Source of the DNA: Candidatus Nitrospira inopinata
GTDB lineage: Bacteria; Nitrospirota; Nitrospiria; Nitrospirales; Nitrospiraceae
NCBI RefSeq assembly: GCF_001458695.1
Contig: NZ_LN885086.1
Span: 150,001-182,000 of the forward strand
Length of the DNA: 32,000 nt
Reading direction: 5' to 3'
In this document: one piece after another, positions 25,111 to 32,000 of the stretch
How positions within the stretch are numbered: the stretch's first letter is position 1
Layout of the letters: each line of letters starts with the position of its first letter
Made by a program: the position numbers and the translations under genes
Notes under the pieces: generated by a model
Database searches by the model: none
The model's input: only the letters and a program-made list of their open reading frames with translations
What the model was told of the DNA's origin: nothing

Positions 25111-25336
25111 GCAGTCCTCCTTGTTCCGAATCAAGGTAATGGCGTCATGCCGGACCTGTACGGTACGCCGTGCAAGAGGACCCGTCAATGGGAAGCCAGG
25201 GGGAAGCCGGGGCTGTCAAACGATGGCTCGCGGGACGCAGAAGACGCGGAATGAGACGAGATCGCGGCGAGAAGGGCGGAGCTACAGCGGTCGGAAGGAC
25301 GTCGAGGACAGCCGGTTGGCACAACGCCGGCCGACG

Positions 25337-26101
25337 TTACATCACCAGGGCTTTGGCGATGAATTCCCCCAGGCGGCGGAAATAGACTTCCCCTCCCACT
25401 TGATACGTATCGTTGTGGCCTGCGCCGGCGATGACGTACCACTCCTTGGGTGGTTTGGCCGCCTCGTACACCTGACGCCCAAGCGCCAGGGGGATGATGT
25501 CGTCCCGGTCGCCGTGAATGATCAGCTTGGGGAGCGAAACGTGCGGCAGGCGATCAACCAACCGAAACCTGGCGCCGAGGAACCAATGGACCGGCAGCCC
25601 CGCATAATGGTGCCGGGCGACCGCCTCGATCGAGGGAAAGGCCGACTCCAAAATCAGTGAAGAGGCCGGCCGTTGCACGGCCAGTTCTCCGGCGACGGCG
25701 GCGCCGAGCGACCGCCCGAACAGACAAATGCGGGCCGACGGAATCTTCCTGGTCCGTGTGAGCCAGTCATAGGCTCCCATCGCGTCCTGATACAGTCCGT
25801 TTTCGGAGGGATCGTACTTCTGGCTCTTTCCGTACCCCCGATAATCGAACAAGAACACAGACAATCCCATACGGTACAAGTGGCCCAAGTTATCCAGCCG
25901 ATGGATGATGTTGCCCGCGTTGCCGTGACACCAGAGCATGACCGGCCGGTCCGCCCGCGACTCGACATACCATCCGAAGAGCCGCACCCCGTCGCCGGAC
26001 TGAAACCACACATCTTGGAGCGGCAGCCCGCTGATCCTGGCCCAATCGTGATCCTGCCAGGGCTGTGGATAGTACACGAAGAATTGATCGAGGATGCCCA
26101 T
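25337..26101 (-). CDS. Alpha/beta fold hydrolase
   Basis: 254 aa. Nucleophile elbow GRSLG, acid HGDRDDIIP and His in GAGHND. A GGGAG Shine-Dalgarno lies upstream of ATG 26101. Confidence 0.8.
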   Translation of the reverse strand: MGILDQFFVYYPQPWQDHDWARISGLPLQDVWFQSGDGVRLFGWYVESRADRPVMLWCHGNAGNIIHRLDNLGHLYRMGLSVFLFDYRGYGKSQKYDPSENGLYQDAMGAYDWLTRTRKIPSARICLFGRSLGAAVAGELAVQRPASSLILESAFPSIEAVARHHYAGLPVHWFLGARFRLVDRLPHVSLPKLIIHGDRDDIIPLALGRQVYEAAKPPKEWYVIAGAGHNDTYQVGGEVYFRRLGEFIAKALVM

Positions 26102-26181
26102 AAAACTCCCGGCCCACCGGTCTTGGGCTGCTTCAGCAGATTGGACTTGAGTATGACAGGAATAATGAACGGAGGCGATGA

Positions 26182-26514
26182 TCAGTCGTTCAGCTTTTTA
26201 TCGATCTTGTCGCCGGCTTTTTTGAAACCTTGGGCCGTTTTATCGGCGGCTTTTTTCAACTTCCGTTCGACCTTTTCTCCGACTTTCTTTTCTTTCAACT
26301 TTCTGCCGGCCTTGGTAAAACCCTGTTCGATCTTGTCGCCGACTTTTTTGGCGGTATTGCCGATCCGTTCCAGCACCCCGGGACTCTTGCCCGCCTGGTC
26401 TTCGGCCGATGCAGAAGGAACCGCGCCCGTTCCACCCGGCCAGAAAGAAACCATCAGCCCAAGAATCAAAAACAATCGCGATGATCGCATCGTGTTTTTG
26501 GGGCGGCTTGCCAT
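26182..26514 (-). CDS. Small secreted Lys-rich repeat protein
   Basis: Signal peptide (MRSSRLFLILGLMVSFWPGGTGAVPSASA) followed by repeats containing KK(V/A)GDKI(E/D) and QGF(T/K)KAG. An alternative start is ATG 26490. Confidence 0.55.
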   Translation of the reverse strand: MASRPKNTMRSSRLFLILGLMVSFWPGGTGAVPSASAEDQAGKSPGVLERIGNTAKKVGDKIEQGFTKAGRKLKEKKVGEKVERKLKKAADKTAQGFKKAGDKIDKKLND

Positions 26515-26653
26515 GGAAATCGAAATACCTTTTTTTCAAGCATAGCACGAACCAGCGGAATCTCCTCAAGGAGAAGGGGGACCGGACAAGGAATCTCATC
26601 GGCACTGGCCATGATCGCGGCTCTTCGGTATACTGGCCCCGCGTTCACGAAGG

Positions 26654-28015
26654 ATGGAATCCATGGCCGCTACATCCATTCAACAAAATCACGACCGAAC
26701 CAGATGCGACGTGCTGGTCGTGGGGGGCGGCCCTGCCGGGGCGGCCGTCTCCACTTTGCTCGCGGAAAAGGGCTGGAACGTCCACGTCCTGGAAAAAGAC
26801 CGCCATCCGCGCTTCCACATCGGCGAATCGTTGCTTCCACATTCGCTCCCGATGCTCGAACGACTGGGTGTCCTGTCGGAAATCGAAAAAATCGGCATCG
26901 TCAAGTACGGAGCCGAGGTCGTCTCTCCCTACCATGGCCGATCCCGCATTCTGTACTTCTCCAAGGCGCTCGACGGCTCGCAACCGTTTGCATATCAAGT
27001 CAAACGGGCGGAATTCGACAAGATCTTGATCGACAACGCCGTGGCCAAGGGAGTCCAGCTCCATGAAGGGGTCCGAGCCAAGCACGTGGAGTTTCGTCCC
27101 GGCTCGACGCACTTGGTTCAGGCCGACGATCAAACCGGACGATCGCTGACGTACGAAGCCGATTTCGTGATCGACGCCAGCGGGCGCGACACCTTCCTCT
27201 CGGCCCAGCTCGGCGGCAAATCTCGCAACCCCCATCACAACAGCGCGGCGATCTTCGGCCATTTTGAAGGGGTCCGACGCCTGCCGGGACGGGACGAGGG
27301 CAACATCAGCATCGTGTGGTTCGACCACGGCTGGTGGTGGATCATTCCATTTAAGGACGGCACGACCAGCGTCGGCGCCGTGTGCTGGCCTTCCTACATC
27401 AGCACGAGAAAGGTCCCGTTGGAACAATTCCTGTGGGATACGATCGCCCTCTGCCGGCCGGTGGCCGAACGGATGGCGAGCGCGAAATTACTGGGACAGG
27501 CCTATGCCGCCGCGAATTATTCCTACCGGCGAACGACCATGAGAGGCGACGGCTATCTGATGGTGGGCGACGCCTTCGCCTTCATCGATCCCGTGTTTTC
27601 CAGCGGCGTCCACCTGGCGCTCAACAGCGCCACGCTGGGAGCCGAGGTCGTGGATGCCTACTTGAGAAAGTCGCCTGAATATCCGCATCGGGCGAGGGAG
27701 TTCGAGCGGCTCGTCCGCCTCGGCGTCAACACGTATTCCTGGTTTATTTATCACTTCACCCAACCGGCCTTCCGCGCCTTGTTCATGTCGGAAGGGTCGA
27801 TCTTCAAGATGGAAGAGGCCGTGCTCTCGATCCTGGCGGGCGATGCCTTCGGGAAGTCGCCGACCCAAATTCCGCTGTTCCTGTTCAAAACGGCCTATTA
27901 TCTGGTTTACCTGTTCAACTTCAGGGACAATCAAGCCGCGCATCGGCGACGACTCCGAGGCGTGCCGGAAACCGTCACCGCGCTGAAGGACTATGCCGTT
28001 CCGCCGCCCTCATAA
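26654..28015 (+). CDS. FAD-dependent halogenase-like oxidoreductase
   Basis: DVLVVGGGPAGAA (GxGxxG), PRFHIGESLLP, and the halogenase signature WxWxIP as WWWIIP (27332-27349). A Lys in ...GIVKYGAE sits at the expected position downstream of GES. An alternative start is ATG 26663. Confidence 0.7.
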   Translation: MESMAATSIQQNHDRTRCDVLVVGGGPAGAAVSTLLAEKGWNVHVLEKDRHPRFHIGESLLPHSLPMLERLGVLSEIEKIGIVKYGAEVVSPYHGRSRILYFSKALDGSQPFAYQVKRAEFDKILIDNAVAKGVQLHEGVRAKHVEFRPGSTHLVQADDQTGRSLTYEADFVIDASGRDTFLSAQLGGKSRNPHHNSAAIFGHFEGVRRLPGRDEGNISIVWFDHGWWWIIPFKDGTTSVGAVCWPSYISTRKVPLEQFLWDTIALCRPVAERMASAKLLGQAYAAANYSYRRTTMRGDGYLMVGDAFAFIDPVFSSGVHLALNSATLGAEVVDAYLRKSPEYPHRAREFERLVRLGVNTYSWFIYHFTQPAFRALFMSEGSIFKMEEAVLSILAGDAFGKSPTQIPLFLFKTAYYLVYLFNFRDNQAAHRRRLRGVPETVTALKDYAVPPPS

Positions 28016-28036
28016 CGCGATCGAGGAACGACGCGC

Positions 28037-29086
28037 ATGACATCGGCATCGACTCGCCGAGTGCTCTCCACCGGCCATGGCGTGCAACGGACACCGTCCC
28101 ATTTACACGTCTCGTACGTCGAACCGCGTACATTGCCGTCCCTGTTTCATTCGGTGTCGGCACCGAAACCCATGGCGGTCGTTTCTTTCGGGCAACCCCT
28201 GCCTTACGACGTCTCCTGCCCCGTCATCGCTCCCGACCTTCCTCAGATTGACGGCTCCCCGTTGATTGAAGTTTGGACGTCTGACCGGCCTGTTCACACC
28301 TCGACCGACGAGAGACTCTCTACGGCCGTGAACGGGGAATGGCTCATCGGTTCCCTCAGCCTGGACGAGCCGCCGGATCAGCCGCTGGACGCGCTGACCT
28401 ATGAGGCGTATCGGACGATCCTCCGCCATCTCAACGATGCCGGCTATCCACACCTGTGCCGCGTCTGGAACTACTTCCCTCGCATCAATGACGACCAAGA
28501 CGGACTGGAACGGTATCGGCGGTTCTGCGTCGGCCGGCACCGGGCGCTGGCGGAATCGCTGCCCGGCTTCCCCGGCTCTCTGCCCGCCGCCACGGCGGTC
28601 GGGACACAATCCGGTCCGCTCCAGATCATGTTTCTGGCAAACACCGAACCGGGCGCCCATCTCGGCAACCCAAGACAGATGAACGCGTACGAGTACCCCT
28701 CGGAGTATGGCCCCCGCAGCCCTTCGTTCGCGCGGGCGACCTTGTGCCAATCCGAACAGGGCACCACTCTTTTCATCGCCGGCACGGCCAGCGTCGTCGG
28801 ACACGCCAGCCGACACATCGGCCGACCGGCCGACCAGACGCGCGAGTCGGTTTGCAATATCCTGACCGTTCTCGAGCGGGCCGGAGCGATCGGCAACGCC
28901 GACTTTCTCGACGAGGCAGGCCATCCCATGTACAAAGTGTATGTGCGAGACGCCGGCTCTCTCCCTGAAATTCGCGGCGCGCTTGAGCGATCGCCCCTGT
29001 CCTCGCAGCTCCTTCTGTTCTTGCGGGGAGATCTGTGCCGAAAAGAGCTGCTGGTCGAAATCGAAGGCCTGATCTTTTCCGAGTAG
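28037..29086 (+). CDS. xanB2: FkbO/Hyg5/XanB2-family chorismatase (hydroxybenzoate synthase)
   Basis: 349 aa; ...YPHLCRVWNYFPRINDDQDGLERYRRFCVGRHRAL...PAATAVG...LFIAGTASVVGH...KVYVRD... matches the chorismatase/RidA-like family. A GAGGAA Shine-Dalgarno lies upstream. Confidence 0.7.
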   Translation: MTSASTRRVLSTGHGVQRTPSHLHVSYVEPRTLPSLFHSVSAPKPMAVVSFGQPLPYDVSCPVIAPDLPQIDGSPLIEVWTSDRPVHTSTDERLSTAVNGEWLIGSLSLDEPPDQPLDALTYEAYRTILRHLNDAGYPHLCRVWNYFPRINDDQDGLERYRRFCVGRHRALAESLPGFPGSLPAATAVGTQSGPLQIMFLANTEPGAHLGNPRQMNAYEYPSEYGPRSPSFARATLCQSEQGTTLFIAGTASVVGHASRHIGRPADQTRESVCNILTVLERAGAIGNADFLDEAGHPMYKVYVRDAGSLPEIRGALERSPLSSQLLLFLRGDLCRKELLVEIEGLIFSE

Positions 29087-29095
29087 TCACGCGCC

Positions 29096-30022
29096 ATGGA
29101 ATCCGGTTCCTTTCGACTCATCGGACAAGAAACCAACGAAGCCGCCGTTCGGCGGTTTCACTTCACGATCGACTGTGATTGGGTGCCCGGCTCGCAAGCC
29201 GGTCTGGAACGGCTGTTAACCCTTTGCGACGCGCATCGAATCAGGGGAACGATCTTTTTTGCCGGCCGATTCGCCGAATCTTACCCGGACCTGGTCCGGG
29301 ACTGTCATCGGCGCGGACATGAACTGGGCACTCACGGCTGGGCCCACGGCAGTTTGGAAGAGGATGAAGATTTTCGGCTGGCTGGCTACGAGCAACAGCG
29401 AGAGTGGATCCGGCTCGCGACCGACGCCGTCGAAAGCGCGTCCGGCATCCGCCCGATCATTTTCAGGGCGCCTAATCTTCGCATCGGCGAAGCGACCTTT
29501 CGGGCCTTGGCCGACGAAGGGTATCGATTCGATTCCTCCGTCCCCGCCAGGCGTTTCGACATGGGATTCGGACGAGTGCACTATACCGACTACTTTTGGG
29601 CTCCGCTCGCGCCGTATCGCCCCTCCGCTCAAGATCTGGGTCGACCCGGTCAACACGCCATCGTGGAGATCCCGCCCTCGGCCTGCCTGTTTCCCGTCAA
29701 TCTCGCCGCTCTGCGGGTGCTGGGGCTCCCGGCGCTCACCTCCATGATCCGTTGGATCGGCCGGCGGTCTCCTCACCTGGTGTTCTACTGCCATCCGTTT
29801 GAAGTGCTCCACGCCAAGGACCAGCGATTCCCCAAGAACATGTCCAAATGGAATCAGCGGGGCATGAGCCCGGCCAATCTCTCCCTCGTGGACGCTTTCA
29901 TCGAGTCGGTGCTCGACCTCGGCTATGCCTCGGACACGATCTTCGGCGCCGTCCCTCGGCAAATCGGCTTCCATCGCCCAATCGTACCGGAAGCCGTCGG
30001 CTGTCAATCCGATCATGCTTAA
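29096..30022 (+). CDS. Polysaccharide deacetylase (NodB-homology) family protein
   Basis: FHFTIDCDW..., GTIFFAGRF..., HELGTHGWAHG, FRAPNLRIG: NodB-type motifs. Confidence 0.7.
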   Translation: MESGSFRLIGQETNEAAVRRFHFTIDCDWVPGSQAGLERLLTLCDAHRIRGTIFFAGRFAESYPDLVRDCHRRGHELGTHGWAHGSLEEDEDFRLAGYEQQREWIRLATDAVESASGIRPIIFRAPNLRIGEATFRALADEGYRFDSSVPARRFDMGFGRVHYTDYFWAPLAPYRPSAQDLGRPGQHAIVEIPPSACLFPVNLAALRVLGLPALTSMIRWIGRRSPHLVFYCHPFEVLHAKDQRFPKNMSKWNQRGMSPANLSLVDAFIESVLDLGYASDTIFGAVPRQIGFHRPIVPEAVGCQSDHA

Positions 30023-30041
30023 CAATAAGGAGGGTCATGAG

Positions 30042-30452
30042 ATGAAACGGATGCGGTCCATCACGGTTTTGCTGTGCGTCATGTTCATCGCGGTCGTCGG
30101 TTGCCGCGGCGGAGGGCAGATTTATAACGTAAAAGACGCGCCGGTCGCGACCGCCACCGGCAAAGAGGCGACGATGGATCAGATCACCAAGGCCATCGTC
30201 GAGGCCGGATCGGGGCTGGGGTGGACCATGGCGGTGGTCAAACCCGGACAGATCGTCGCCACGCTTCACATCAGAAGCCACACGGCGATCGTCGAGATCC
30301 CCTACACGACCAAAACCTACAGCATCATTTACAAGGACAGTACGAACTTGAAATACGACGCCGAAAAACAAACCATTCACGAAAACTATCGCGGATGGAT
30401 TCAGAACCTGGATAAAGCCATCAAAAGCCGCTTGTCCGGGTTGGGAGTCTGA
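30042..30452 (+). CDS. Lipoprotein, hypothetical
   Basis: AAGGAGG Shine-Dalgarno 8 nt before ATG 30042. MKRMRSITVLLCVMFIAVVGC lipobox. Confidence 0.65.
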   Translation: MKRMRSITVLLCVMFIAVVGCRGGGQIYNVKDAPVATATGKEATMDQITKAIVEAGSGLGWTMAVVKPGQIVATLHIRSHTAIVEIPYTTKTYSIIYKDSTNLKYDAEKQTIHENYRGWIQNLDKAIKSRLSGLGV

Positions 30453-30472
30453 CCGCGCCTCGTTTCGCCGCT

Positions 30473-31279
30473 CTACTTCCGCAGCGGCGTGACGGACGCC
30501 CGCTCGCCGTAATGGCGGCGGTCGGGCGTCCGCCCGCCGAGGCGCCGATGCAATAGGCGATACAATCCCACCGGATACATCCCTCGACCGACCAGTTTCC
30601 ATGCCACCATTCTGGTGATTCGTACAATGTCCAGCAACGGCCGAAAGTGACTGGGGCTTGACGCTGATCGGCGACCGACGCTGACGGCCACGCTTTTGAT
30701 CACCATCCCTTGCCTGGCGGCTTCGATCAGGATTTCACTCTCGTACACGAAGCTTCGATCCGGCCCATGCGGGATCTTGACCGTCTGAAGCAACCGGGCC
30801 GGATACAGACGAAACCCCGACTGGCTGTCTTCAATCGCTTGTCCCGACGCCCAACCGATCCAAAAGTCGGCGATGCAGTTGGCAAGGTAGCGTCGAAACG
30901 ACGCGCGTCGATGATCTCGCCGCCTGGCGCCGATGAGAAAGACGTTCGGATCGTCCTGAGACCGCTCGATGAATGCGGGAATCTCTTCCGGCGCGTGTTG
31001 CCCGTCCGCATCCAGTGTAATAATCCCGACCGCCCCTCGGGACAAAGCATACTCAAAGCCTCTCGCCAAGCTGCCGGCCTTGCCTCGATTCGCCTCGTTG
31101 CGCAGCACCGTGACGTCCAAACCGGCCAGGGCTTGTTCGGTTCCATCGGACGACGCATCATCCACCACAATGACGTTCGGACAACGGTGCCGTGCGCGCG
31201 CGGCCACATCACGAATCGTCGCCGCCTCGTTATAAGACGGAATAACCACCCAATACGCCTCACGTGCCACCTTCGACAT
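30473..31279 (-). CDS. Family-2 glycosyltransferase
   Basis: VVIPSYNEAATI, VVDDASSDGT, ITLDADGQH (DxD). It starts 3 nt after the FabG stop. Confidence 0.8.
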   Translation of the reverse strand: MSKVAREAYWVVIPSYNEAATIRDVAARARHRCPNVIVVDDASSDGTEQALAGLDVTVLRNEANRGKAGSLARGFEYALSRGAVGIITLDADGQHAPEEIPAFIERSQDDPNVFLIGARRRDHRRASFRRYLANCIADFWIGWASGQAIEDSQSGFRLYPARLLQTVKIPHGPDRSFVYESEILIEAARQGMVIKSVAVSVGRRSASSPSHFRPLLDIVRITRMVAWKLVGRGMYPVGLYRLLHRRLGGRTPDRRHYGERASVTPLRK

Positions 31280-31282
31280 CCT

Positions 31283-32000
31283 CTACGCCATCCCGCCGTT
31301 GATCCCGATGACCTGGCCGGTGATGTAACCGGCTTGCTCCGAGATCAAAAAAGAAACCAGCGCGGCGACTTCGTCAGGCGTGCCCGCCCGTTTCATGGGC
31401 ACCAGCGCTTCGATCTGTGGCCGGGTGAACGACGCCTCGACCGAAGGAGACTCGATCAGCCCCGGCGCCACCACGTTGACTGTAATGCCGCGCGACGCCA
31501 CTTCCCTCGCCAACGACTTGCTCGCGCCGTGTAAACCGGCCTTGGCCGCCGCATAGTTGGTCTGGCCCCGGTTTCCGATCACGGCGGCCACGGAGGAGAC
31601 GGAGACGATTCGCCCCCAGCGCGTCCCGATCATCGGCAGCAGCAACGGCTGCGTCACGTTGAAGAACCCGTTGAGCGAGAGATCGATGACTCTCGTCCAT
31701 TGATCGCCGGTCATACCGGCCATGGGTGCGTCATCGTGCAGTCCAGCATTGTTGACGACGATCTGGATCGGCCCGTCGTTCAACAGCGATTCCAGCGCGC
31801 TTTTGGTTGCTTGCGCATCGGTCACGTCAAAATACACGCTCATGGCCTGTCGGCCCATGGCGAGAATCCTTTGCGTCACCGCCTCGGCCGATTCGCGGTT
31901 GCGGTATCCGTGCACGATGACTGAATGCCCGTCCGCGGCCAGCCGTTCGGCGATAGCCGATCCGAGCGTCCCGCTCGCCCCCGTGATTAACGCGCGCGCG
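31283..32000 (-). CDS. fabG: 3-oxoacyl-ACP reductase (FabG-type SDR); the 5' end runs off the right edge
   Basis: The reverse complement of 32000->31920 reads ...ALITGASGTLGSAIAERLAADGHSVIVHGYRN, in frame with ORF 31283..31915. Contains NNAG, YAAAKAG (YxxxK) and VNVVAPGLI. Confidence 0.85.
   Translation of the reverse strand, partial: ARALITGASGTLGSAIAERLAADGHSVIVHGYRNRESAEAVTQRILAMGRQAMSVYFDVTDAQATKSALESLLNDGPIQIVVNNAGLHDDAPMAGMTGDQWTRVIDLSLNGFFNVTQPLLLPMIGTRWGRIVSVSSVAAVIGNRGQTNYAAAKAGLHGASKSLAREVASRGITVNVVAPGLIESPSVEASFTRPQIEALVPMKRAGTPDEVAALVSFLISEQAGYITGQVIGINGGMA

Noticed and set aside
25317-25332. Plus-strand sigma-54-like motif TGGCACAACGCCGGCC
   Set aside because: The -12 element is poor (CGGC instead of TTGC). 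It points into the 3' end of a minus-strand hydrolase gene with no plus-strand gene downstream. It also overlaps a GCCGG...CCGGC hairpin, so it is probably coincidental.
1-32000. Search for CRISPR arrays, tRNA/rRNA genes, IS elements or inverted terminal repeats, integrases, toxin-antitoxin pairs and known defence genes
   Set aside because: I found no regularly spaced direct repeats, no cloverleaf-like or rRNA-like segments in the few intergenic gaps, and no ORF with transposase, integrase, nuclease-toxin or defence-system hallmarks. The only composition anomaly is the small 6840-7460 islet.

Overview
High-GC (about 60%+) bacterial chromosomal window, densely coding, with about 36 protein genes. 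I saw no rRNA, tRNA, CRISPR array, transposase or integrase. CbbQ/NirQ, sigma-54 regulators and hemerythrin/CDGSH proteins would fit a Nitrospira-like organism, but taxonomy cannot be established without a search.

Gene order, left to right:
- (1) Minus-strand RND efflux pair (permease truncated at the left edge, plus adaptor). Upstream of it on the same strand are a hemerythrin gene and a STAS gene, a near-consensus sigma-54 promoter, and a GAF-domain sigma-54 activator.
- (2) A double-CDGSH Fe-S protein, then a low-GC islet holding a small secreted-protein gene that looks split by a frameshift.
- (3) A tightly packed redox/detox operon: NmrA-like, pirin, DsbA/FrnE-like, VOC.
- (4) Two tandem paralogous glycine-zipper lipoproteins, then DUF167, then an orphan CbbQ/NorQ AAA+ ATPase.
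- (5) A YkgJ(CxxCxxCC)-DUF2156 (MprF C-terminal-like) fusion gene, translationally coupled to a PAS-GAF hybrid histidine kinase.
- (6) Transcribed divergently from (5), a compact 8-gene plus-strand cluster: ATP-grasp-like ligase, glutaredoxin-like protein, KamA-family radical SAM aminomutase, long tandem-domain dCTP-deaminase-like protein, small membrane protein, the 'rSAM-associated' transferase pair (TIGR04283-like GT2 and DUF2064/TIGR04282-like), and an SDR.
- (7) An SH3-like/TM protein, an alpha/beta hydrolase and a Lys-rich repeat secreted protein.
- (8) The start of a xanthomonadin/aryl-polyene-type pigment locus that continues past the right edge: flavin halogenase, FkbO/XanB2-type chorismatase, polysaccharide deacetylase, lipoprotein, GT2 and FabG.

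The most interesting candidate for an undescribed system is cluster (6) together with its divergent DUF2156 neighbour. Many long ORFs in the track are antisense or off-frame shadows typical of high-GC DNA, and I rejected them.
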